Below are positions 54,368-63,625 of a DNA stretch of 64,000 nucleotides, in pieces (the stretch's first letter is position 1; each line of letters opens with the position of its first letter). Made by a program: the position numbers and the translations under genes. Below the pieces are notes generated by a model. The model saw nothing but the letters and a program-made list of their open reading frames with translations. It was not told where the DNA came from and made no database searches. The DNA comes from an uncultured archaeon (GTDB lineage Archaea > Nanobdellota > Nanobdellia > Woesearchaeales > CAIVOO01). Where the stretch lies: assembly GCA_963845175.1 (NCBI GenBank), contig CAWJRI010000012.1:13928-77927 (forward strand), in the 5' to 3' direction.

Positions 54368-54937
54368 ATGCTTAACTCAAAGGATTTTGATGGAATGAGG
54401 GATGAAATCTCAAAGTTTGATGAGCAGCGCGAGCTTCTGATAAAGGATTCCAGAAATGTTATAAAGCTTTCAAAGCAGATAATTTACGGGATTCATAGGG
54501 GAGAAAATATTGACAAATTAATAGAAAGCATCAAGGCAGAGCTTGCAAATCTTACAAAGCTTACAAAAGTTCATCCTGAACTTTATTACTCACCAACCTA
54601 TAAGATGGCTGTGCAGGAGTTTGTTGAGGCGCTTGCGTATTATCATTTTGTTAAGGAGAACAAGATACCAACACACAAGGAGCTTGAAGTTGATTCAGAA
54701 GGCTATCTTCTCGGCATCTGCGACCTGACAGGCGAGCTTGTAAGAAAGGCTATTGATTCTGCAATAAAAGGAAATACTGAAATGGCGCTTAAAATTAAGG
54801 AGACTGTTTCTGAAATTTATGGCGAATTCTTGAAGTTCGATTTCAGGAACGGACTTTTAAGGAAAAAGTTTGATGGAATAAAATATGACCTTAAAAAACT
54901 TGAGGATCTTGCATTGAACCTGAAGCTGAAGAAATAA
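54368..54937 (+). CDS. Translin-family protein
   Basis: The length and the pattern R..V...S...I...HRG......YL.G..DL.GEL.R fit archaeal translin homologs. Confidence 0.65.
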   Translation: MLNSKDFDGMRDEISKFDEQRELLIKDSRNVIKLSKQIIYGIHRGENIDKLIESIKAELANLTKLTKVHPELYYSPTYKMAVQEFVEALAYYHFVKENKIPTHKELEVDSEGYLLGICDLTGELVRKAIDSAIKGNTEMALKIKETVSEIYGEFLKFDFRNGLLRKKFDGIKYDLKKLEDLALNLKLKK

Positions 54938-54938
54938 G

Positions 54939-55577
54939 ATGTACAAGAAAGAAGGTATTGAGATAAATAGGATAAATCATTCCTGCTTCAAGATAAGCTA
55001 CACTAAAATAATCTACACAGACCCTTTCAAAATAGAAAACAATCTTGAGCCGGCTGACATTATTCTGATAAGCCATGAGCATTTTGACCATTGCTCTCCA
55101 GAGGATATTGCAAAAATACTGAAAAATGACACGCTAATTATCTGCACGCCCGACTGCCTGAGCAAGCTTTCAAGGCTTGATAAAGGGCGCACAGCTGTTA
55201 TGAGGCCTGGCGAGAAATTAAAAGTAAGCGAGCTGGTTGAAATCGAAGCAGTGCCGGCGTACAACATAAACAAGAAATTTCATCCGAAAGAAAATGAATG
55301 GGTTGGCTATGTGATTTCCCTTGGAAGCAGGAGAATTTATTTTGCAGGCGACACTGATTTCATTCCTGAAATGAAGGAGCTTAAAAACATAGAAGTGGCG
55401 CTGATGCCTGTCTCTGGGATGTATGTGATGACTGCTGAGGAAGCTGCAAATGCTGTCAATTCATTTAGGCCAAAAATGGCTATTCCCATGCATTATGGTG
55501 GAAGTATTGGAAAAGAAGATGATGCGCAGAGGTTTAAGAAGTTGGCAAAGGTTGAGGTTGTAATACTGGAGAAGTAA
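54939..55577 (+). CDS. Metallo-beta-lactamase fold hydrolase (UPF0173-like)
   Basis: ILISHEHFDHCS (HxHxDH) and YFAGDT. Confidence 0.8.
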   Translation: MYKKEGIEINRINHSCFKISYTKIIYTDPFKIENNLEPADIILISHEHFDHCSPEDIAKILKNDTLIICTPDCLSKLSRLDKGRTAVMRPGEKLKVSELVEIEAVPAYNINKKFHPKENEWVGYVISLGSRRIYFAGDTDFIPEMKELKNIEVALMPVSGMYVMTAEEAANAVNSFRPKMAIPMHYGGSIGKEDDAQRFKKLAKVEVVILEK

Positions 55578-55631
55578 TTTTCAATATTGTAAATAATCAC
55601 TTTTATATATTTCTTTTAAAAAATAAGGATT

Positions 55632-57383
55632 ATGCGCAGAACACACACTTGCGGTGAACTTACAAAAAATGAGATTGGAAGCAAGGTAATTCTAGATGGC
55701 TGGGTTCATGTAAGGCGTGACCATGGCGGACTGACTTTCATTGATTTGAGGGACAGGTACGGCTTTACGCAGGTTGTTTTTGACCCGAAGACATCAAAGC
55801 AGGCACACGAACTTGCCTATGGCTTGAGAAGAGAGGATGTTGTTGAAATTGAAGGTGTTGTCAGGCAGAGGCCGAAGGGGACAGAAAACCCAAAAATGAT
55901 AACAGGTGATGTTGAAGTTGCAGTTTCAAAGCTTGATATTCTTAACAAGTCAGAAACCCCTCCTTTGGAGGTTGATGACAGGATTGCTGCAAACGATGAT
56001 ATGAGATTAAAATTCCGTTATCTTGATTTGAGAAGGCCTGTAATGCAGAAGCATCTGCTGATAAGGCATAAGGCAATGCAGGCAACAAGGGAGTATCTCA
56101 ATTCAAAAGGATTTCTTGAAATAGAAACCCCATTATTGGTCAGGAACACGCCAGAGGGCGCCAGAGATTTTTTGGTTCCAAGCAGGATTAATCCTGGAAA
56201 AACATATTCTCTGCCACAGAGCCCCCAGCTTTACAAGCAATTGCTTATGGTCAGCGGCTGTGATAGATATTATCAGCTTGCGCGCTGCCTAAGAGATGAA
56301 GACTTGAGAGTTGACAGGCAGCTTGAATTCACGCAGATAGATTTGGAGATGAGCTTCATAAATGAATTTGACATTTACGAATTAACAGATGAATTAATGA
56401 AGCGCATTTTCAAGAAATCAATTGATGTTGATTTGAAAATTCCATTCCCAAGGATTCCCTACAAGGAAGCGATGGACAAATACGGCTGCGACAAGCCGGA
56501 CCTGAGGTTTGGAATGGAGCTGTTTGACGCGACAGCTATTCTTAAAAAATCTGATTTTGAGATTTTCAAGAAAGCGGAGATGATTAAGGGATTGTGCGCA
56601 AAGAAATGCTCATTCACAAGAAAAGAGCTTGACCATTTCATTAATCTCGTGAAGCCATATGGCGCAAAAGGCCTTGTCTCGATAAAAATAGAGAAAGATG
56701 AAATGGAGTCTTCTGTCACAAAATACATGAATGCAGGAATTCAGTCTGAGCTGAAGAAGAAATCAGGCGCTGGCGACGGCGATGTGATATTCTTGGTTGC
56801 TGACAAGCCTGCTGTTGTGAATGCCTCGCTCGCCGCTTTAAGAAATCATTTGGGAAAAGAATTGAAGCTTTACAATGAAAAGGAATTCAAATTCTGCTGG
56901 GTTGTTGACTATCCAATGTTCGGCTGGAGCGAGGAAGAGGAGAAATGGGAGCCGATGCATCACATCTTCACAATGCCGAAGCCAGACCACATTCCATTAT
57001 TGGACAAGGACCCTTCAAAAGTGCTTGGCCAGCTTTACGACCTTGTGCTCAACGGGATTGAGATTGCCTCCGGCTCGATAAGGATTCACAGGCCAGACAT
57101 ACAGGAAAAGGTTCTGAACATAATCGGCATTTCAAAAAAAGAGGCAAATGAGAAATTCGGATTCTTGATGGAGGCATTCAAATACGGCGCGCCTCCTCAC
57201 GGCGGAGTTGCGCCTGGATTTGATCGCTTAGTCGCGTTGATGTGCGGCTTCAATGATATCAGAGAGGTAATTGCATTCCCAAAAACAAAGGCAGGCGAAT
57301 GTCCGATGGACGGCTGCCCTTCTGATCCGGATCCAAATCTTCTTAAGGAATTGCACATGAAGTTTGATGTCGGAAAAAAATGA
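55632..57383 (+). CDS. aspS: Aspartate--tRNA ligase, bacterial type (with GAD insertion domain)
   Basis: RTHTCGEL, LPQSPQLYKQLLM, FTQIDLEMSF, GGVAPGFDRLVALM. It is 583 aa with a ~290-aa segment between motifs 2 and 3. Confidence 0.93.
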   Translation: MRRTHTCGELTKNEIGSKVILDGWVHVRRDHGGLTFIDLRDRYGFTQVVFDPKTSKQAHELAYGLRREDVVEIEGVVRQRPKGTENPKMITGDVEVAVSKLDILNKSETPPLEVDDRIAANDDMRLKFRYLDLRRPVMQKHLLIRHKAMQATREYLNSKGFLEIETPLLVRNTPEGARDFLVPSRINPGKTYSLPQSPQLYKQLLMVSGCDRYYQLARCLRDEDLRVDRQLEFTQIDLEMSFINEFDIYELTDELMKRIFKKSIDVDLKIPFPRIPYKEAMDKYGCDKPDLRFGMELFDATAILKKSDFEIFKKAEMIKGLCAKKCSFTRKELDHFINLVKPYGAKGLVSIKIEKDEMESSVTKYMNAGIQSELKKKSGAGDGDVIFLVADKPAVVNASLAALRNHLGKELKLYNEKEFKFCWVVDYPMFGWSEEEEKWEPMHHIFTMPKPDHIPLLDKDPSKVLGQLYDLVLNGIEIASGSIRIHRPDIQEKVLNIIGISKKEANEKFGFLMEAFKYGAPPHGGVAPGFDRLVALMCGFNDIREVIAFPKTKAGECPMDGCPSDPDPNLLKELHMKFDVGKK

Positions 57384-57664
57384 AAGTTGACGCTGAACTT
57401 ATAAAAAGAGTTGCTGCAAATGCTCGGCTTAACCTTAGTGGCAATGAAATAAGAGAGTTCATTCCGCAGTTCAAGGAAATAATTGATTATTTCTCAAAGC
57501 TCGATGAAGCTGATGTAAAAGACACAAAGCCGAGCTTCCAGCCTGTTGAAATAAAAAATGCAGTGAGGGCTGACAAGGCAGGCGCTTCATTGACGCAGGA
57601 AGAGGCATTGAGAAACGCCCAGCACAAGAAAGACGGATATTTTAAGGGGCCGAGAGCTGTATGA
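57380..57664 (+). CDS. gatC: Asp/Glu-tRNA amidotransferase subunit C
   Basis: 94 aa, with 4-nt overlaps to both aspS and gatA. IKRVAANARLNLSGNEI. Confidence 0.85.
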   Translation: MKVDAELIKRVAANARLNLSGNEIREFIPQFKEIIDYFSKLDEADVKDTKPSFQPVEIKNAVRADKAGASLTQEEALRNAQHKKDGYFKGPRAV

Positions 57665-59040
57665 AAACAAATGAATTTGTCAATGAAGTTAAAAAAGGGA
57701 ATATCTCAGTAGAAGAAAATACAGAAAATATCCTAAAGGAAGCTGAAAAAGTAAATTCAGAATACAAATATTTTAATGTCATCTCAAAAGAGCTTGCGCT
57801 GAAGCAGGCAATAGAGCTGGACAAGAGAATAAAATCCGGCAAGGCAAAAGGAAGATTGCTGGGAGTTCCTGTTTCTGTGAAGGACTGCATCTGCGTAAAA
57901 GATGTTGAGTCAAGGGCAGGCTCAAAGATACTTGAAGGCTACCTGCCAGTATTCAATGCAACTGCTGTCCAAAGAGCGATTGACGAAGGCGCAGTCATAA
58001 TTGGAAAGACTGCCCAGGATGAATTCGGATTTGGAAGTTTCTCAGCAAATGTCGGACTCGGCTTCAACAGGCCCCTGAATCCTTTTGATAAAACAAGGGC
58101 TTGCGGCGGAAGCTCTGGTGGAGCAGCTGGCTGGGCACAGAAGACAAAAAACACGCAAATCTCATTGGGCCAGTCAACAGGCGGCTCAATTGCCTGTCCT
58201 GCATCCTTCTGTGGCGTTGCCGGACTGACACCAACATACGGACTTGTTTCAAGATACGGGCTGATTGATTATGCCAATTCATTAGATAAGATAGGCTCGA
58301 TTGCAAAAACAATTGAAGACGCTGAGTTGATGCTTGACATAATTTCCGGGCATGATTTAAGGGATTCGACATCAGTGAAAGAGGGAATGCAGAAGCCTTC
58401 TGTCAAAAAGATTGCGATAATCAAAGACAGCTTCAAGGACATTGATGAAAATGTTAAGAAAGTTGTGCTGAAAAAGCTTGAAGGAATCGATTATGATGAA
58501 ATAACACTGCCATTGACAAACAAGTATGGGATTGCTGTTTATTACCTGCTTGCGACTTCAGAGGCTTCAACAAACCTTGCAAAATATTGCGGAATGAGAT
58601 ACGGCGCCCATGACAAGCTTGAAGGAAGCTTTAATGAGTATTTTTCAAAAGTAAGAAGCGATAATTTTGGAAAAGAAGCAAAGAGAAGGATAATATTGGG
58701 CACATTTGCAAGGATGTCGGGCTTCAGGGACGCCTATTACCTTAAGGCTGCAAAAATAAGGACAAAGATAATTGAAGAATACAAGAAAATTTTCAAGAAA
58801 TATGATGTAATTATCTCGCCGACAATGCCTATTCTTCCGCCAAAGTTTGATGAAATAGAGAAATTAACGCCTTTGCAGAACTACATGATGGACATAATGA
58901 CAGTAGGCCCAAATCTTGCAGGCCTGCCGCATCTTTCAATCAATGCAGGCTTTGCAAAAGAGCTGCCTGTCGGAATTATGCTTACAGCAGACCATCTGAA
59001 AGAGAAGAATTTAATTGAATTGGGAAAGAGGCTGGAATGA
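57661..59040 (+). CDS. gatA: Asp/Glu-tRNA amidotransferase subunit A
   Basis: Amidase signature GGSSGGAA...GGSIACPASFCGV. Confidence 0.95.
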   Translation: MKTNEFVNEVKKGNISVEENTENILKEAEKVNSEYKYFNVISKELALKQAIELDKRIKSGKAKGRLLGVPVSVKDCICVKDVESRAGSKILEGYLPVFNATAVQRAIDEGAVIIGKTAQDEFGFGSFSANVGLGFNRPLNPFDKTRACGGSSGGAAGWAQKTKNTQISLGQSTGGSIACPASFCGVAGLTPTYGLVSRYGLIDYANSLDKIGSIAKTIEDAELMLDIISGHDLRDSTSVKEGMQKPSVKKIAIIKDSFKDIDENVKKVVLKKLEGIDYDEITLPLTNKYGIAVYYLLATSEASTNLAKYCGMRYGAHDKLEGSFNEYFSKVRSDNFGKEAKRRIILGTFARMSGFRDAYYLKAAKIRTKIIEEYKKIFKKYDVIISPTMPILPPKFDEIEKLTPLQNYMMDIMTVGPNLAGLPHLSINAGFAKELPVGIMLTADHLKEKNLIELGKRLE

Positions 59041-60437
59041 AACCTGATGTAATGGTTGGAATGGAGGTTCATGTCGAGCTTGACACAGAGTCAAAGCTTT
59101 TCTGCGGCTGCTCCACAACAGCTGAAATTCCAAACAGCGCAACCTGTGAAGTTTGTCTTGGCCATCCTGGCTCAAAGCCTGTTGTAAACAAGAAGGCAAT
59201 TGACTTCGCGCTGAAGCTTGCGCTTGCATTGAACTGCAAAATCTCGCCTGAACTAATTTTCTCAAGAAAATCATATTTCTATCCAGACATGTCAAAAAAT
59301 TACCAGATAACGCAGTACGAGATTCCGCTTGGAAAAGAGGGAAGCATAAAGACAGGTGAGAAAGAAATTGGGATTATAAGAGTGCATCTTGAGGAAGATC
59401 CTGCTTCGCTGGTGCATAAGGGCAGCATGGAAACCTCTCCCTATGTTCTTATCGATTACAACAGAAGCGGAAGGCCGCTCTGCGAGATTGTAACAAAGCC
59501 TGACATAGGCAGCGCAGAAGAAGCGCGCGATTTCATGAAAAGGCTGATTACGATTCTGAGGTATTTGAAGATATTTGACATCAAAAAATGCATAATCAAG
59601 GCAGATGTAAATGTTTCAGTTGCAGAATCCGGCAACACAAAGGTTGAGATAAAAAATGTTTCCGGATTCAAGGAGATAGAAAATGCAGTCAAATATGAGG
59701 TTGAAAGGCAGAAAAAGGAAGTGAAGGAAGGAAAGAATATAAAACAGGAGACAAGGGGCTGGAACCCTGAAACAGGCACGACATTTTTTTTGAGAAGCAA
59801 GGAAACAGAAGAGGATTACGGCTATATTTTTGACCCCGACTTGGTTGTCATAGATATAACAAAAGAATCAATTGAAAAGGCAAAGAAGGACATGCCTGAG
59901 CTTCCTTCTGAAAAAGCGAAAAAATTTGTGAAGCTGCACAAAATAAAGCCAGAGGATGCTGAGATTCTGTCATCTGAAATAATCCTTGCTGACTTGTTTG
60001 AAAAGCTTGCAGCTGAGATAAATCCGCTTGTTGCAGCGAAATGGCTGAGAAGGGAGCTGCCAAGAATCGCACATTATAATAAAAAGGAGCTTGAAGAGCT
60101 TGACATAGATGAAAAGCACATCATCGAGCTTCTGGCAATGGTCGAAAAAGGCGAGATAACAGAGGCAGTTGCAAAGAAAATCCTGGAAAAGATGCTTATC
60201 AAGACATTCTCGCCAAAAGATTATGTGAAAAGGGAGAAATTAAGCATGGTTGCAGGCGCTTCTGAGCTTAAGAAGCTTTGCGAGGAAGCTGTGAAAGAGA
60301 ATCCAAATGTTGTTGAGGATTACAAGAAGGGAAAGCTTGAGGCTTTGAATTTCTTGGTCGGGCAGGTCATGAGAAAAACAAAAGGAACTTCCAATCCTGT
60401 GGAATTAAAAGAAATAATTAAAAAAATAATAAATTAA
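59037..60437 (+). CDS. gatB: Asp/Glu-tRNA amidotransferase subunit B
   Basis: VGMEVHVEL, RVHLEEDP, C-terminal YqeY-like tail (LNFLVGQVMRKTKG). Confidence 0.95.
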   Translation: MKPDVMVGMEVHVELDTESKLFCGCSTTAEIPNSATCEVCLGHPGSKPVVNKKAIDFALKLALALNCKISPELIFSRKSYFYPDMSKNYQITQYEIPLGKEGSIKTGEKEIGIIRVHLEEDPASLVHKGSMETSPYVLIDYNRSGRPLCEIVTKPDIGSAEEARDFMKRLITILRYLKIFDIKKCIIKADVNVSVAESGNTKVEIKNVSGFKEIENAVKYEVERQKKEVKEGKNIKQETRGWNPETGTTFFLRSKETEEDYGYIFDPDLVVIDITKESIEKAKKDMPELPSEKAKKFVKLHKIKPEDAEILSSEIILADLFEKLAAEINPLVAAKWLRRELPRIAHYNKKELEELDIDEKHIIELLAMVEKGEITEAVAKKILEKMLIKTFSPKDYVKREKLSMVAGASELKKLCEEAVKENPNVVEDYKKGKLEALNFLVGQVMRKTKGTSNPVELKEIIKKIIN

Positions 60438-60856
60438 ATGCAAACTCCGTCCTTGCACCCATTCGGGCACTTGTGCACATCTGTCTGCGGCTTTCCTGTG
60501 TCGCTGCAAAAATACTCATTCAGATAGCCATTATTACCTGTTACGCAGATATCTTCTTTTTCATATTTAATACCCAAGGTATTCACGCCAGAGATATTTC
60601 CTTTTACTGCATAATTTTTCCCGCCATCAGAATCCATGCACCTTTTATCCCCAACAGGCTTAACTTCTTCCTGGGGAGCTGCTGCTGGCATTGCTTGTCC
60701 TTCTGATGATGCTGAAGGCATAGCAGATGTTGGCGTTGATGCTGGCGCTGAAGGCATAGCAGATGTTGGTGTTTGCGCTGCAGCCTCGGGCGCTTTTTTT
60801 GCACAACCCGCTAGCAAGAATGCCGCAACCAAAAACAAAACAATAAGTCTTTTCAT
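60434..60856 (-). CDS. 140-aa putative lipoprotein: lipobox, Pro/Ala/Ser/Thr-rich linker with a tandem TPTSAMPSA repeat, and a 6-Cys C-terminal domain
   Basis: MKRLIVLFLVAAFLLAGC. GAGGTG lies 7 nt upstream of ATG 60856. C-terminus is CMDSDGG...C.TGNNGYLNEYFC....C.NGC.DGVC. Confidence 0.65.
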   Translation of the reverse strand: MKRLIVLFLVAAFLLAGCAKKAPEAAAQTPTSAMPSAPASTPTSAMPSASSEGQAMPAAAPQEEVKPVGDKRCMDSDGGKNYAVKGNISGVNTLGIKYEKEDICVTGNNGYLNEYFCSDTGKPQTDVHKCPNGCKDGVCI

Positions 60857-60894
60857 AATCACACCTCTTTGCATTAATTATTTTTTTCAGATAT

Positions 60895-62103
60895 TTATAA
60901 AGCTTTCTTTTTTATCTCAAAAACTTTCAAGGCATCTTCAACAACCCTTTTCTCAAAATCCGCTATTTTTTCATCTTCTTCCTTTTCCTTATTAAGCACA
61001 CTCATGAGATCATTAACAAGTTTTCTTTCATTTTGGTTTATTTTTATCTGGTTTATATTCTCCTCGATTAGTTTGCTTTCAACTTCTTCTACAGAGCCAA
61101 TCTTAACAGCTTCAAACTCCCTTGTTTCAAGGCTTGAAACATTTTTCATTACAAAATAAGCGCCTTTTTCATACAGTCTACTGTAAATCTGACTGAAATT
61201 AATATCAGAAATCATTCCCTCTTTAAGCTTTCCGGACAGCCTAAGTGTCACAATTGTGTTAAAAAATTCTTTGTGTTTAATATCTTCAAAAAGTTCCTGC
61301 TCAACTTCCTGCGGATTTTTGAGGCTGCAGTTTATCTTGATTGAAAGAACATTTTGAATTTGTACAGGCTGCCACTCCGCATTGTCATCTTCTACAATGA
61401 AGAATCCGCCATTGCCAAACTTCTCAAGCTCCCTGAAGTTCGCCGGAAACAATGCGCCTGGGTAAACAATTGGCCCGTAGCCTTTTTCTTTTACATTTAT
61501 CACTTCGTGCACATGCCCGCCTGCATAATAATTAAAGTTTTTTGGCAGATATGAAAGCGGTGCAGAATCCATCTTGTCCATGTCTGCTGGCTTTAGTTCA
61601 GACAGTGCGGTATGAAACATGAATATTTTGTAGCCAGGCTCCTGCTCAAGATTTGCTTTTTCAAGATTTTCATAATAATTTCTTTCAAGCATTCCTTTCC
61701 TGCCAACAATCCCCGTGATTTTTGCGCCCGTTTTCTTGTCAACTGTAAAATTTAATTTAAGAATGTTATTTTCAGCGCTTCCCTTGAAAACATTTACCAG
61801 CAGGCCTGCGTGCTCAAGAACGTCAATTATTGTCCTGCCAGATGGCGAAAAATCATGGCTTCCTGCAACTGCATAAGCCTGAATGTCCTTATCTTTAAGC
61901 TCCTTTAGCTTCTTGACAACAACCTTAAGATTATCTATACTGGGCAAAGAGTTATTGAACAAATCGCCTGTTATAAGCACAAAATCGAGGTTTTTTTCTA
62001 TAACAATATTTATTGCCTTTTCAAAGGCTTTGGCAGCTATAAAGCTCAATTTAGGCTCTCTCCAGCCTCCTATGTGGCAGTCACCCAGATGCGCGAATTT
62101 CAT
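60895..62103 (-). CDS. mre11: Mre11/SbcD-family DNA repair nuclease (metallophosphoesterase)
   Basis: MKFAHLGDCHIG, LITGDLF, VAGSHD, GGHVHE. Start set at the internal ATG (rc of 62101-62103), since the 93-aa upstream extension in the track has no homology logic. Confidence 0.8.
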   Translation of the reverse strand: MKFAHLGDCHIGGWREPKLSFIAAKAFEKAINIVIEKNLDFVLITGDLFNNSLPSIDNLKVVVKKLKELKDKDIQAYAVAGSHDFSPSGRTIIDVLEHAGLLVNVFKGSAENNILKLNFTVDKKTGAKITGIVGRKGMLERNYYENLEKANLEQEPGYKIFMFHTALSELKPADMDKMDSAPLSYLPKNFNYYAGGHVHEVINVKEKGYGPIVYPGALFPANFRELEKFGNGGFFIVEDDNAEWQPVQIQNVLSIKINCSLKNPQEVEQELFEDIKHKEFFNTIVTLRLSGKLKEGMISDINFSQIYSRLYEKGAYFVMKNVSSLETREFEAVKIGSVEEVESKLIEENINQIKINQNERKLVNDLMSVLNKEKEEDEKIADFEKRVVEDALKVFEIKKKAL

Positions 62104-62258
62104 GTTTTTATATGGTTTAAACAAATATTTAATAGTATCTTTTACTACTTTTATGTGGTAAAAATAGAAAGATTTATACTCTGCGAATTTTTGAGCCAGA
62201 AGCCCATATGGCTTTGTTTTCGAGCACCTGACAAGCATAAAAAACAGGAGGCTCGCAA

Positions 62259-62645
62259 ATGGCAAGGGGAATCCGCAAAGATTGTTTAGGAGAGTATGAG
62301 AAGCTGAAAAAGGACATAATGGACAAGTTTCCAGATTTGGATGCTCGTAATTTATGTGTTTTATTGGGCAGACTCGGGACATTTCATTACAGCAAAAAGA
62401 CTTTAATCATGGGCAGGGAAAGGGAGATATACAATTTCCTGGTTGAAAACTCCTACAACCCCTACACTGTGTACAGGTGGGCACTGCTTGAAAGGGTTCC
62501 CGAGGAGATAAAGTTCCAGCTAAAGAACCATTACCTGAGCCTGAAAAGAGCAAGCAGCGCATTCTTTCAGCAAAGGCATGAAACAGAAACAAGCCTTCAA
62601 AGAGACATAAGGGAGCTTGGTTTAAGATTAATAAGGGAGATGTGA
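62259..62645 (+). CDS. Hypothetical 128-aa protein
   Basis: GGAGG lies 7-8 nt upstream of the ATG. No recognisable motifs. It overlaps the next reading frame by 4 nt (ATGTGA). Confidence 0.5.
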   Translation: MARGIRKDCLGEYEKLKKDIMDKFPDLDARNLCVLLGRLGTFHYSKKTLIMGREREIYNFLVENSYNPYTVYRWALLERVPEEIKFQLKNHYLSLKRASSAFFQQRHETETSLQRDIRELGLRLIREM

Positions 62646-62745
62646 CAAGAATGGCAAACATAAGGGCAGTCAAGGAAAGGGGAAGAAAGCTTCCAAATGT
62701 ATTAAACAAAAAACAGTTGTTGCAGCTGTTTGGCTGCATTGAGCT
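62642..62745 (+). pseudogene. Possible 5' fragment of a tyrosine recombinase/integrase gene
   Basis: MANIRAVKERGRKLPNVLNKKQLLQLFGCIE resembles the N-terminal '..LP.VL..EE...L' segment of Xer/phage integrases. The rest of the frame is low-complexity nonsense. Weak evidence. Confidence 0.25.
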
Positions 62746-62917
62746 TGGGTCTATTTTGCTCCAATCTTCAGTAGTTGTTGGAGGAGCGTCAGGATCGTAT
62801 AGCACTGCTGCGTTAACGATTTTGATAACTAATAAAAATATAATTATTAGTAATATTCGCTCTTTTTTAACCATATATAGTTATATTTATTATTTTGTTT
62901 AAAAATCTAACTATAAA

Positions 62918-63526
62918 TTAATTAGAATTTGGCAAATATTTTGTATTAATTACCTCTATTACCTTTTGGGCTTCTTCAGAATACTTACCATTGAGTTCTA
63001 TTACTTTTTTATAAAATTCTATGGATCTCAAAAGAAATATTCTATTATTTTTACTTTTTCCTAGTTCTTTATAAGTTAATGCTAAATTTCTCCAAAATAA
63101 TTGATTATCAGGATCTAATTCCGTTGCTTTTTTGTTAAAAGGTATTGATTCTTCATATTGTTTTTTTCCATATAATCCAGAACCAAAATCATCGTATATT
63201 TGCGCTGCAACTCGTTTTGCATTTAGATTTAATTTTGTTATATTATATTTTTCTAAAATATCAACAAAATTTTTACAGTATTGAATTAAACTATCATAGT
63301 TATTTGACTGATATAAATTTTCAGATTTTTCTTGATTATAAACTTCAATCAACTTATACAATACCTCATCCGGTGCTTTTGTTCCAAAATAACTGTTTGC
63401 TTCTTTTTCCAGTTGAGAAGCCTCTTGCTTTTTCGGCTCTTCAGCATTCGCCCTGCTAACCAAATAAGGAGAACTCAATAACCCAACCAATCCAAGCCCA
63501 ACAATTGCCTTCTTTAGCCCATTCAT
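62918..63526 (-). CDS. Secreted TPR-repeat protein
   Basis: Signal peptide MNGLKKAIVGLGLVGLLSSPYLVSRANA. TPR-like segment YEESIPFNKKATELDPDNQLFWRNLALTYKELG. AT-rich codon usage. Confidence 0.75.
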   Translation of the reverse strand: MNGLKKAIVGLGLVGLLSSPYLVSRANAEEPKKQEASQLEKEANSYFGTKAPDEVLYKLIEVYNQEKSENLYQSNNYDSLIQYCKNFVDILEKYNITKLNLNAKRVAAQIYDDFGSGLYGKKQYEESIPFNKKATELDPDNQLFWRNLALTYKELGKSKNNRIFLLRSIEFYKKVIELNGKYSEEAQKVIEVINTKYLPNSN

Positions 63527-63625
63527 TCATATATGAATTGCGCTTCTACTATTTAAACCTTTCTATTATTGTCACTATATAATGGTAAAATTTATATACT
63601 TAAATACTATTCATATAATATTAAA

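Noticed and set aside
62104-62382. 93-aa N-terminal extension of the Mre11 ORF in the track (MSRVCPIKHINYEH...)
   Set aside because: The conserved Mre11 motif I (MKFAHLGDCHIG) normally sits at the extreme N-terminus. The extension also overlaps the divergent 128-aa gene and its SD.
62407-62874. 155-aa minus-strand ORF with a signal-peptide-like N-terminus
   Set aside because: Two-thirds of it is antisense to the SD-led 128-aa gene and is Cys/Pro/Leu-rich nonsense. Only the first ~45 codons (62740-62874) might encode a short secreted peptide, and I cannot support that.
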